A stretch of 62,680 bases of DNA, filler included, from Nemertoderma westbladi (lineage: Eukaryota; Animalia; Xenacoelomorpha): assembly GCA_032718475.1 (NCBI GenBank). It is 3 parts of 3 records of this genome, joined end to end, with 100 filler letters (N's around TTAATTAATTAA, not from the genome) between each part and the next. Parts side by side here need not be neighbours in the genome. Positions count along the whole stretch, not along the records: positions 1 to 21,499 come from JAUCBJ010005929.1; positions 21,600 to 48,768 come from JAUCBJ010003469.1; 1 more part is not named here. One strand, given 5' to 3'. Positions within the stretch are counted from its first letter, which is position 1. Every line of letters begins with the position of its first letter. The notes beneath the pieces are model-generated. The model did not search any database, was not told the origin of the DNA, and worked only from the letters and a program-made list of their open reading frames with translations. Position numbers and translations under genes: made by a program. This document shows positions 13,503-26,000 of the stretch, piece by piece.

Positions 13503-13843
13503 CTCCCAACAATGCGAATTCTTTATAATCGGCATCGAGGCATCGTAAACTTCCTTCGCAGTAAATCTCGGTGAGTAGAAGAGGGAAGATTTCGAGTATT
13601 CCCGATTCAACTGCTTGAGGGCGCCCATGAACCAATCCCGTCTGTCCTGGGACTCGGACAGACAGAGTAGCTGGTACTCGGGGCTGGGGGCAGCCAACGC
13701 GGTGCATTTAACGCGGAATATCGAGCTGATCTGGTTCGCGTTCGCGTGGATAACATCGGCGCGGAACACACCGGATACATCGAAGGATTCGTCGCGCATA
13801 TCGATAACCTCCGAGACACGGATCGCAGGTTGGGATGTTTTAC
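13503..13843 (-). CDS. gek: MRCK exon (PH domain)
   Basis: Splice phases match both neighbours. VIDMRDESFDVSGVFRADVIHA...IFRV is the MRCK PH signature. Confidence 0.9.
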
Positions 13844-14790
13844 CTTAAAATAGAAAGATTTATTAATATTCTAGAACATATATAAAATTTATTAATTAAT
13901 TAACAAAGTAAAATAATCTACAATACAAAACTAATTAACTAACTTTAGTAAGTATTCTAGAATACATACTTCTAATAAATTAACAAACTAGAAAGTTAAC
14001 TAATTCATTTACGGACCAATAATTAATTAAATTAAAGGAAGCTTGAACATATTGATGTTGCATAATATTAACTATAAAGCTAACAAGCTGGCTATAAGAA
14101 GACCGTCAGTCTATAAGACAACAAAACCGAAAAAACTAAATCATAAACTTCCGTTTCTGTGTTAGCCCAGTATCAATATAAGTCTGCCCGATTATAGATG
14201 TCTGAACTTTTAGTGGAATATTGGAACTAACATTGAACGGATATAGAGTTAAGTTAAAGCGGCACATATACTTGACCTCCCAACAAGTCGAGCAAACTCA
14301 TATAATTGGCAATTATCACATGCTCCTAAAAGCTTGGTGACTTATTAAGAAGCTCTTATCTTCTTTCAAATCTCATCAATATTTCCGCTGATTTTTGGAC
14401 ATGAAGAAGATCTGGCATTTAGCTCCCTGATTGGCTTGAGCTACAATATATAGGCCTACAACTATTTATATACTACAATAAATAAATATACAAATAATAT
14501 GTGCATAATTTTCTGCAGTTTGGGCCTATCCATACAATAAATAGTAGTAGTTTACTAGGCCCACATGAGTACCAGCAGCTGGTGTTTCTATCGTTGAGTT
14601 GATGGCAATTTTCGTCTTTATGGGGCTGTTTTTCGAAATAAAAAAAAGAATCTTTAATATTTTTTTTCGAAACTTTTTTTCCACATCCTGGGGTTGAGCT
14701 GCGACGATTGGTATAACTTTCATTGAAGGACGAGCTATAGTTTCGGAGGAGTTAACCCGATATAAAAACACATACATTATTACATATACA

Positions 14791-15608
14791 TACTACATTA
14801 CCCACCCAAAATGGGACCAGTGGCATTTTACCAATACAGTTGGCGATGCGAGATTACCAATAATAATCTCGCCTCATAACCAACTGGGGGGGGGGGGGGG
14901 GGGGGGGATACACGCCATAAGCCACAGAGAGAGGTGAGAGGTCAAAACACCTCGGTGGGAGAACCCAGCTAGCCGAGGCTAGCGGCAGGGGGTAACACCT
15001 ACAGGGAGTGCCAAAGTGACAATTAGTATAAGCCAATAGCGGGCAGGGGAGCACGTGGGGAAAGATAGGAAACCATCCATGGGCACGCACTGTTCATAAG
15101 TATGTTCCCTCCCATTACCCATTCCCAGTTGCTCGAACCAGAGCCTCGCCCCCTCTCTCTTTGTCTGGTGCTTTTACTATATATATATATATGCATTTTA
15201 TTCTAGCCATGGTGCTATTTTACTTAATTTTAACTAATATAATACCGGTTCGCCCGGGCGTTCTGTTGAATGTTGAATGTTGGTAGCAAAAAGCCGAAGT
15301 AGAGTAGAGGTGAAACCAATATCTATGTGTATCAATCATATAGTTATCTTGATTACTGATTTACCGGTCAGTTCATTAATCACAGAGTTGCAGACCGGTT
15401 ATAGTTTCAACCGTTCTGTATTGCAATTTCTTCTGCTATTATTTGTTATACATTCTGTGCTATTATCATTGGAACATTAACAACCAGAAACACAAACTCT
15501 GTTATTTTCCCAACGGCCTTCGGCCAAAGATATCAGTTCAGCAGACCAGCAGCAAAGTGACGCGTACAACCTAACCCGGTCGGGATCATTGAACTCAATC
15601 CCGTCACA
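14791..15608 (-). mobile_element. Truncated LTR, related to the LTR at 556, in an MRCK intron
   Basis: Reverse complement begins TGTGACGGGATTGAG...GATCCCGACCGG and shares GAGATT...AATCTCG...GCCACTG...GGGTAATG with the 556 LTR. The last ~25 bp of the LTR are missing. Confidence 0.7.
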
Positions 15609-17965
15609 ATAGGAGTAGCGCCCACCCCTACCCTCGGGTAGCAGATAGGAGTAGCGCCAACCCCTACCTTCGTGTAGCATATAGGAGCAGCGCCCACCTT
15701 TGCCTTCGGGTAGCAGATAGGAGTAGCGACCACCCCTACCTTCGGGTAGCAGATAGGAGTAGCGCCCACCCCTACCTTCGGGTAGCAGATAGGAGTAGCG
15801 ACCACCCCTACCCTCGGGTACCAGATAGGAGTAGCGCCCACCCCTACCTTATGGTAGCAGATAGTAGTAGCGCCCACCCCTACCTTTACCTTCGTGTAGC
15901 AGATAGGAGTAGCGACCACCCCTACCCCTACCTTCGGGTAGCAGATAGGAGTAGCGCCCACCCCTACCCTCGGGTACCAGATAGGAGTAGCGCCCACCCC
16001 TACCTTATGGTAGCAGATAGTAGTAGCGCCCACCCCTACCTTCGGGTAGCAGATCGGAGTAGCGCCCACCCCTACCCTCGGTTACCAGATAGGAGTAGCG
16101 CCCACCCCTACCTTCGGGTAGCAGATAGGAGTAGCGCCCACCCCTACCTTCGGGTAGCAGATAGGAGTAGCACCCACCCCTACCTTCGGGTAGCAGATAG
16201 GAGTAGCGACCACCCCCACCTTCGGGTAGCAGATAGGAGTAGCGCCCACCCCTCCCTTATGGTAGCAGATAGTAGTAGCGCCCACCCCTACCTTTACCTT
16301 CGTGTAGCAGATAGGAGTAGCGACCACCCTTACCCCTACCTTCGGGTAGCAGATAGGAGTAGCACCCACCCCTACCTTCGGGTAGCAGATAGGAGTAGCG
16401 ACCACCCCCACCTTCGGGTAGCAGATAGGAGTAGCGCCCACCCCTCCCTTATGGTAGCAGATAGGAGTAGCACCCACCCCTACCTTCGGGTAGCAGATAG
16501 GAGTAGCACCCACCCCTACCTTCGGGTAGCAGATAGGAGTAGCGACCACCCCCACCTTCGGGTAGCAGATAGGAGTAGCGCCCACCCCTCCCTTATGGTA
16601 GCAGATAGTAGTAGCGCCCACCCCTACCTTTACCTTCGTGTAGCAGATAGGAGTAGCGACCACCCTTACCCCTACCTTCGGGTAGCAGATAGGAGTAGCG
16701 CCCACCCCTACCCTCGGGTACCAGATAGGAGTAGCGCCCACCCCTACCTTAGGGTAGCAGATAGGAGTAGCGCCCACCCCTACCCTCGGGTACCAGATAG
16801 GAGTAGCGCCCACCCCTACCTTATGGTAGCAGATAGTAGTAGCGCCCACCCCTACCTTCGGGTAGCAGATCGGAGTAGCGCCCACCCCTACCCTCGGGTA
16901 CCAGATAGGAGTAGCGCCCACCCCTACCTTCGGTTAGCAGATAGGAGTAGCGCCCACCCCTACCCTCGGGTACCAGATAGGAGTAGCGCCCACCCCTACC
17001 TTATGGTAGCAGATAGTAGTAGCGCCCACCCCTACCTTCGGGTAGCAGATCGGAGTAGCGCCCACCCCTACCCTCGGGTACCAGATAGGAGTAGCGCCCA
17101 CCCCTACCTTCGGGTAGCAGATAGGAGTAGCGCCCACCCCTACCTTCGGGTAGCAGATAGGAGTAGCACCCACCCCTACCTTCGGGTAGCAGATAGGAGT
17201 AGCGACCACCCCCACCTTCGGGTAGCAGATAGGAGTAGCACCAACCCCTACCTTCGGGTACCAGATAGGAGTAGCGCCCACCCCTACCTTCGGGTAGCAG
17301 ATAGGAGTAGCGACCACCCCTACCTTCGGGTAGCAGATAGGAGTAGCGCCCACCCCTACCTTCGTGTAGAAGATAGGAGTAGCACCCACCCCTACCCTCG
17401 GGTAGCAGATAGGAGTAGCGCCCACCCCTACCTTCGGGTAGCAGATAGGAGTAGAGCCCATCCCTACCTTCGAGTAGCAGATAGGAGTAGCGACCACCCC
17501 TACCTTCGGGTATCAGATAGGAGTAGCTCCCCCACCCCTACCTTCGGGTACCAGATAGGAATAGCGCCCACCCCTACCTTCGGGTAGCAGATAGGAGTTG
17601 CGCCCACCCCTACTTTCGGGTAGCAGATAGGAGTAGCACCCACCCCTACCTTCGGGTAGCAGATAGGAGTAGCGCCCACCCCTACCTTCAGGTAGCAGAT
17701 AGGAGTAGCGACCACCCCTACCTTCGGGTAGCAGATAGGAGTAGCGCCCACCCCTACCTTCGGGTAGCAGATAGGAGTAGCGCCCACCCCTACCTTCGGG
17801 TACCAGATAGGAGTAGAGCCCACCCCTACCTTCGGGTAGCAGATAGGAGTAACGCCCATCCCGACCTTCGGGTAGCAGATAGGAGTAGCGCCCACCCCTA
17901 CCTTCGGGTAGCAGATAGGAGTAGCGCCCACCCCTACCTTCGGGTAGCAGATATGAGTAGCGCCC
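15609..17965. repeat. 36-bp GC-rich minisatellite (GTAGCAGATAGGAGTAGCGCCCACCCCTACCTTCGG), ~65 units, intronic
   Basis: Tandem units read directly; they translate as VADRSSAHPYLR or ATPICYPKVGVG repeats. Confidence 0.97.
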
Positions 17966-18045
17966 CTAGATCTATAGTTCTTTCTTCCTTTAGTTTTTTA
18001 ATGAATTACCTAAATTAATTGAGTTCTAGAACACTACTAACTAAC

Positions 18046-18796
18046 CTTCTGGGTAGTCGAACAGGTATATCTTAAAGTCTGCGACGACCATTTTCATTCT
18101 CATCCAGCCCTTTTTAACCCCCCCGGGTCTGGGTATCCGGATGACACCTTCCCAGGCTGTGCCGACACCTGTGGCGATGTTAATCCCGGTTACGCCTCTA
18201 GTGGAATCCACGTGAACCGGGCACCCGGTGGGGGCTGCCCCGGCGCAGCCGACGTGACAGACGAACCGACAGCCGTGGCACAGGAGACCCTGTCTGGTGG
18301 TGCCCAGCATGGGTGAGGTGCAGGAGTTACAGGGGGTGGGAGTGGCGAACGTGTGGGAATGGAACTGGTGCGACTTGGTGTGGACGGAGCCGGAGCCGGA
18401 ACGGCCGACCCGGAGCGAGTCCGGGGTGCTCAACGACTTACTGCGGGATTGTTTGGTCTGGCCGCCGCTAGGGGGCGCAGTAGGGGGCGTCGGCGGGGGG
18501 ACCCCGAGTACAGGGTGGTTGGGACGCGTGTTGGCGGTGGTTGGAGGCGCGGTGTCTGTCTCCTGATCGGTGGATGTGTGCGTGGGAGGAGTGTTAGCGC
18601 TCTCTTGCGGCGATGTAAGGAAGTTAAAGAAACTCAACTGGCTACCAGACCTGCCTCCAATCTCTTCTCTTAATTTTAATTCGCTTTTTAGATCCTCAAT
18701 CTGTTGGAGATTATCTTTACTGTTCTCTTGTAGTTCGTTAACAAGAACCTCCAATTTAACGTTCTCCACCTTCACCTTATGAAGTTCCGCATCGAT
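18046..18796 (-). CDS. gek: MRCK exon (coiled-coil end, C1 zinc finger, start of PH)
   Basis: C1 domain HQFHSHTFATPTPCNSCTSPMLGTTRQGLLCHGCRFVCHVGC...CP, then GVGTAWEGVIRIPRPGGVKKGW; canonical splice sites. Confidence 0.92.
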
Positions 18797-19690
18797 CTGC
18801 ATATAATTGTTATATTAATAATTATATGTTTAAAGTGGAATGATAATTAATTAGGACTTGGAGTAATTACAATTATTTAAAGCGAGACAGAGACGCTCAG
18901 ACTGTCACTAAATATAACAAAATATATAGCTAGTTTAATATCGTTGTTTAACTTAATTCGTAAAAGTAGTAAAATCGATGTCATTTAATGTCTGAGAATG
19001 GCAAACAGGGAGAGCAACCTTCCTTGCTTCCTTGCCCATATTTATTCGAGACAGGGGGGGGGGGGGGGTGGAAATAGTCGCAAATCCCATATAGGCAAAT
19101 TAATATCTCATCTCAATGTTAAATTATCAATTTAAGAAAATGAGAAGGTTACTGCGGCGCGTTATTATAACCAAAACAACAAACTAAAGTCTATAGAACA
19201 GGTTACAGATTAATATGTTGGTAATCAGGTGTTATTTGCAACGATAAGTTTTGGTTGTTTCTGGAAATTCCAATAGTTTTCATGAAAAGCAAAACTACAA
19301 GTAAAAATGTATGTAATAAGCGTTACCTGTACCGGTACCGTGATACCTGTAGGACTTTAGCACAAACTACACTAAATCATTTTTGGGCCTATGGTAATGC
19401 ATGCAATTTCAATATTTACTATTTTATGTAATTAATAGGAAATATCATGTTATAATCCATAATTACCAGCTCTACAGTGCATTAATACGAAGGAACTTGC
19501 GAGTGAAACTAATTGATGTCCCGAAGATTAGAAAACTGTTAAATTGTTTCGAAAATAATAGCCAGGAAAAACACTTGATAATACTAATCTTGTGGTGTTT
19601 GTTTCAGCTGTTATATAATATAAAACACACATCATACAATATAGTTTTTCTTTTTTACAATGACGTTATGTACTATTTCTATTAACCCAC

Positions 19691-20236
19691 CTGTTGTTTC
19701 GCCTCTATCTCTTTCTGCAGACTGCTCTGTAACTCCAGCAGGGCGTGTTTCTCAGCCTTAGCAGACCGACGTGTCTGCCAGGTCTGGTCGCCAGGGGGCG
19801 CCACAACCCTCAACCCCCCGCCCCCCTTCAACACATCGAAATCCGACTGTATCTTCCCGGCCATCTGATGAAGGAACTTCCTCGCTTCGCTCTCCGCCGT
19901 CACCCAATCGCGAATCTCCTTCACCTGGGCCTCCCAATCAGCGGCGGGCGCGCTCTGCCTAACTTCCGACATCTGCCTAACCTCGGCGTCCAGCCTGCGT
20001 TCCCTAACCTCCAACCGCTCCACCACACCGTTCAGTCTCCCCACCTCAACTCGCAACATTTTATTCTCGTCCACCAACATGGCTCGCTCCCGTACAGACG
20101 AGGTATCCGGTTCCACCACGGCTCGACTCTCCAACCTACTTCGATCCAACTTCGTACGAAGATTCGCTATTTCCTTCTTAAACTGCGTATTACTCGACTC
20201 TAAGTCGCCTATTTGTTCTTGCCATCGAATTTTCTC
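19691..20236 (-). CDS. gek: MRCK exon (coiled coil / DMPK coil)
   Basis: WEAQVKEIRDWV...ARKFL...WQTRRSAK...LLELQSSLQKEIEAKQ is the conserved MRCK segment; canonical splice sites. Confidence 0.92.
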
Positions 20237-21015
20237 CTGAAATATAAATGTTAAACATTTTTTTACCTTATTAATCCCCATAAACATAATTAAACAATCA
20301 AAGTTCAGTGAACTTTGATATTTTGGTCGTTAAATGAATCAGGAATTTCATTTGGTAAACCTTTGCCTCCACTAATGCACCTCCACTAGACACGACTGGG
20401 TTTAAAACATCCTTTTAGCAGAGAAAATGTCCACGAAAAAATGTTTTATTCTCATAATACAATCAGATAATTCCACAAAAAATTAAAACGTATTTGACGA
20501 ATTAATTAACAATATAATTAGGTTAAGGGGCGCCGTATACATGAATTTTATACTAACTATTTGGTTAGTAACTTTTTAGTTAACTTAATAGTACTTTAAT
20601 ACTATTAATTCAGAATTTAACATTTAACGGGCTTTCTGGTGAACCAATTGGGTTTTCATAATTTTAAATTTTTTTTCATATATTTATTTAGCTTATTTTT
20701 TCGCCCTAATTAAAAAAAAATCCTAGATGAAAAGGTTCCAAGAAAAAAGCTCCACAACAACTGAGAAACCTGTACCGAAAAAATTGTAAAAACTCAGTTT
20801 GAGAAAAATACAGTTAAAATTTGAAACCTCCCGCGCAAAAACTGTCTGTTAATATGTTAGAATGTCTGTCAATCTAGCAAAAAGAAATAACAAAACCAAG
20901 CTAAGGTTTTTGATAAGGGGGTTTTCCTGGTCACAGAATTCATTTCGTGTGTCAGTTTTAACATTTAATTACTTCCAAATTGTATGTTTGCCTGTCAGTG
21001 TTTAGTTACACCAAC

Positions 21016-21355
21016 CTGACTTCTCCCCTGCCTAGCCACCGCTAACTCCTCCGTATGACTCCTCCCCTGTTCCTCCAGTTTCCCTTTCAACCTCGCGACT
21101 TCCTCCAGTAGACCCCCCTCGTTGGCTCTAGAAGGCAACCTCCCAACCTTGGCCACCTCCAACTCATCCTCCAGCTGTTTACTGTAATCCTCCACTTTCA
21201 TCCTCAGCTTCCTCTCCCGTTGATGGTCGCTACTCAGATCGTCCACTTGGTTCTGTAACTCCCGCTTCGCTTTATCAACCTTTCTAATATCGTTTCTCAA
21301 CTCGTCTACCTTCACTAACAACGAATCGTTGTCTTCGTCTTTCTCCTTCAAATAC
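21016..21355 (-). CDS. gek: MRCK exon (coiled coil)
   Basis: KEKDEDNDSLLVKVDELRNDIRKVDKAKREL...RERKLR...YSKQLEDE; AG/GT boundaries. Upstream kinase exons are not seen. Confidence 0.88.
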
Positions 21356-21499
21356 CTAAAAAACAAAATAAACAAATATTTCTACAAATCAAACATTTAA
21401 AATAAATGGACACACATTTATAGTTTAATACTAAAAGTTTAATGTGCTGCTCCATTTAGCTAGAAAATCATTTTCAAATAGTCAAATAAAACATTTAGT

Positions 21500-21599
21500 N
21501 NNNNNNNNNNNNNNNNNNNNNNNNNNNNNNNNNNNNNNNNNNNTTAATTAATTAANNNNNNNNNNNNNNNNNNNNNNNNNNNNNNNNNNNNNNNNNNNN
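21500..21599. other. Artificial contig linker (N44-TTAATTAATTAA-N44)
   Basis: 100-nt spacer whose 12-mer has stop codons in all six frames; identical to 48769-48868. Confidence 0.95.
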
Positions 21600-21887
21600 T
21601 ATATAAAAAAAGTTGAAAAAGTTTGGTTGAGTTCCAAATCCTAATCTGTCCATTAAATTATATTATGTGAAGAAATAATTAAATAAATAACACAAATTAA
21701 TGTATGTTCAGTATATTAATGTAAAATTTATAATTGTAAAAAAACAGCCAGTTAATTAATGCATTTCGGCCTCTTCAGAATAGCTGAGTCAAACATATAA
21801 ACATAACAAACAAATTATATATATATATACATTAGCATTCGAATTAGCATTAGGCATTAGCAGCTCAGCAATAGCAAGAGGTTAAAC

Positions 21888-23053
21888 ATGACCACTATAA
21901 ACTCATCCCGACTAAAAGGACTTCAACAAATACTAGGTGCATTCAGAGAGGACCCCTCCCTTTATGATGTGAAACTAGATGAAGTCCGGTTAATAAACTC
22001 CGTTGGCTCTGTTAAGACATCCACTCAGCCAGGCTTAGAATTAATGTCGAAGATGTCAAGGAAAAGGCCAATATCGGCCAAAACATCAAATCTCGAACAT
22101 GTCCCAGCAATATGGAATGAGATAGAGTTCAAATGCCCAGCTGAAAAGGTATCATGGGGCAACCTGTATAGCGAGGATACGCAATGGGCACCTTTCGCAG
22201 TCGCTGATTGGAGCTGATTAACGGAGCCATAATTCAGACTGCCCAAGGAGCCCTGACCCTGGAGGACATTGACCAGGCTACTGGGGCAAAAGATCCGTTT
22301 GGTGTCATGGACGCCGCCACTCACAACACCCAACCTTTACGAGCAGCCCGACTGGCGGATCCTGCCATAGTCTTACGGATGTCCCGGAGAGTGGGGTTAG
22401 CTGCATGCTTGTGCATTGCGTCTTGCGGATCTATTGCTGAGGCGAGATGCACAAAGTTTATAGAGGCATGCCAGGCATCAGGATTACGAATCACTATCTC
22501 GCCGGGGGATGTGGCTGAATTTGCCACCATCTGTGGAGATCATATAGCTGCTCACCTGTCTCAAATCATGAACTGCCTAACCCTTATGACCAAACCTGAG
22601 TGCCCAGCTATAAAGAATGTGGTGGAACAAATGCAATACAAAGGCCTTGCATCCTTTGGCATTATCTGCGATGCGATGAGCGAGCTGGGAGTCCTAAGGT
22701 GGGGGCAATTGGCCACTATCCTTCCTGGAGAGTTCACCGGGATTTAGAACGAATGCAAGGCATTAATCGAACATGGCCCCTTCATAGGTTATATGACTGA
22801 ACATGCTCATGAGGTTCGGTCCACCATGTATCCACAAATCCTGACAATCTGTCGAGCCCTGTCCTCTAGCGAGTTGCAGGAGAGATATAGAGGGTGGAAG
22901 AACGATAGATTATCCCCTGCAGCATGGGCCTGGCTAACAGCTACCAAGGATATGTTAAGGAATGCGGGCGATCAGCTACCTGAAGCCTCATAAGAGGGTG
23001 CAGATATGGCCCAGAGAGTAATGGCGTTCGCTCGAGATTACTTTCAAAAGTAA
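21888..23053 (+). pseudogene. Endogenous viral element: chuvirus/Jingchuvirales-like nucleoprotein
   Basis: Intronless, ~388 codons, with a frameshift near 22205 and in-frame stops at 22745-22747 and 22991-22993. The motif run QMQYKGLASFGII-W-PGEF-PFIGY-STMY-RYRGW matches the chuviral N core as I remember it. Confidence 0.72.
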
Positions 23054-26000
23054 TTTCTATACCTGCCATTCTACCTATGCAACTCATCAGTATACACATC
23101 TATATTTAGTTATAAACCAGATTCGCATGATAGCTAGAAGGGTCCATCTCCGTAAATCGAAAGATCCCATACATAGAGGGGGGAGATGGACCTAGGTATC
23201 TGTAAGTCACGCCCATCAGTGATCCCGGGTTACGGGAGGTACCGTTGCCAGTAGGAAATTTCCTTGTATTATTGTGTTGTTCCATATATACCTACATATA
23301 ATTATATATAATCGCATAATCCTCTACATACTCTTACTTAATCATACGTAAACGGATTGGCTTTTTGGAGAGCATAATTAGTATATGTACTGTACATATT
23401 ATAATATGATCTTTGTATAAAATAATCTTTGTATAATAATCTAATCTAAATAATTGTTCAGATTATGACTTAGCTATGACTTAGCACTAACACCATTAGA
23501 GCATGCACCATACCTGGAATATAGTGTATTTATTTAGTCCGGTACTAGAACCAGATCCTTAAATAAAAAGAAAATTAACGGCAGCACCTGCGATTGACAT
23601 GATCATAGATAATAACCTGCATAACTCCATGGTCATTACTTTTTATCCCCTCCTCCCTGCCACACGCAAAGCATAGCTGCAACTTCCATATCACTTCCCA
23701 CTTCCACTTATCTTGGGAAGGAAAAGTTGGTTTTCAGCATTTTTCTTGAGGAATTTAATTTTTAATTTATGGTATGTCACCAACATGTTGCTTTTGGCTC
23801 TGTGACCTGTCAGTCAGTGCATTTGCATTACAAAACTGCAGGAATGTGGATGAGCGTTGTTGGTGAGGGTGCAGTACACAAATAACAACATAATTGATTT
23901 TGGGAAATTCTAAGTTGGAGACTTTCTTATCTTGGAGAGATTAATGTTAGAGACTATTTATTCTCCATCGCTCAATCTTCCTTTGTTTTATTTATGGTAT
24001 ATAAGATATAAAATTTGGACCTCAGTAAATAAATTCATACCAGCTAAATGCCAGCGAAAAATCGTCTTAAATTACCCAAAAATTTGTCTTATGTAGAGTC
24101 AAAATAGTTGGTCATTAGCCAAATTTCAACCTGCAATACTAGCCGGCACTTTTTGGGCTATCCAATTACTATACAATACATTGCTGGGCAAACATTAATT
24201 ACATGATCAGTCAACCCAGAAGGAATTTATTTTAGATTACTCTACTGAGCCGTTCTACTGAATGAAATTGAGCAATTATCTAGGTTGAGTTACAAGCTAC
24301 TACTACAATCGTCATGCTGCATTGCAGCTGCAGTATAGTTACAGCAAGCAACCATAAGGTGGTTTGGGGGGGAGGGGGTAATAGAAGGAATGCTGATGGT
24401 GGGGAAGTATTTTTTTTTTGCCAACAGTCTTAGCTCTAGAAAAGATAGTTGATATTATTTTTTCATATATGTAATCAGCTTTTACGTGTTTACTTTTAAC
24501 TTTTCATAGCATTTTATATACTTTTTTTATATATACAGTACCTAATCAATTTATGTTTTACTTGCCCTTGTTTATATCATGTTTAACTTGCCATCATTAC
24601 CTTTGTGCTTTGATTTTTACCAAATTCCCATGAACAGTATTTATATCTGGACCATTGCTAGACAATACATAAACTTGGGTTAGTAAGTGCATGAATTGTC
24701 CCAATATGCCTCAGGTATCCAAGCCAAGAATTGATTTAATACTTAAATTGTTAAAACAATCAGTATAATAACTTCCACATCATATTCAGTTAATAGGGAC
24801 AATGTTACTTCTCTGTATGAGTCTCAAGAGCCACATAATGAATGTCATTAACTCTGTTGTACTCTGTTAACTCCGGTGCATGTTACTTAAATGTTTACAT
24901 GTTTTCACTTAAATAACCAAATTTGCTAAATCAGGCACTTCACTGCACTAAAACAAATGAAATGTGCTAATGTAGGACAGGACCTACTTTGCTGTATTGC
25001 TATCCATCTTGCTTCACCCCACATCGTCCCATAAACCTGGATGGCCTGGACCTCTTGAACGCGAAAGGTGCATGGCACAAATTAAGTGTAAGACGAACAA
25101 TATTACGCAATAATTTAGTATGTGCAAATCTTAAATTGTTACCTAGCTTCTGCGAATAAAACTCGTATTAGTAATGAGGCTAATTTATTTGCTTCAGGTT
25201 TTATAATCTTACAATCAACTTCTGCAACAGGGGGTTAGTGAACAGTAGTCCTATTGAAAATAATGACTGGGTGTGTAATGTGCCTATAACTAAACCATAT
25301 TTGACTTATTTAAGGAGTACCGGTAATAGAATATTTGGGCCAAAACACCAGACAAGCAAATATTATATTTCACTCATTGGGCCGAAACGTCTTTGTCCAA
25401 AACGTCTAAGGCCGAAACGTCTGTTAACTAACAGCTTGTATCTAAAATAAAACATAACGATAAGAGATTATTACTCACTAACTGATTAAAAAAATATATA
25501 TGTATAATATAAATAAAGCAAGCTGGATATCCCATGGGAATAGCAATAAAAATTGCAAACAATAGACAGACGGTAGGTCAGCTACTCCTACTATAGGCCT
25601 ACTAATATATTAACAGTATACCTACACCCTACACTATATAAATTAAAAGCTCCCTTCAGCCCTTGTAACAGTGATAATGTTTGAACTTCTTAGACACACA
25701 GCACCATATTCATGCATAAAACAATTTCAAAATATTACATAGCACAATAAAGTATATAAATAATTGGTTATGGCCTAAGGGATGGGGAGTCCTCTTGTAT
25801 ATAAAACTATCTCAGTATCTGCAGATCTAAGCTGATTACAGTTTCAGGCTAATATCTGAATATTGCCTGTGTAACAACACTGAAGTACTGCAACCCAGAG
25901 AAACAAATTGAATAGTAGCCAATGGCAGATTGGCTTTTGAATGTTTTATCCATCATGTAAGTGGAATGTAGGCAGGGTGGCATATTGTATTTGGAAGAGC

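Noticed and set aside
15533-17931. Long ORFs (578, 279, 187, 178, 143 aa) as real genes
   Set aside because: They are translations of the intronic 36-bp minisatellite, open because the unit length is a multiple of 3, with no unique flanking coding sequence.
21544-21555. TTAATTAATTAA as a biological motif
   Set aside because: It is centred in N runs and identical at both gaps, so it is an assembly linker.
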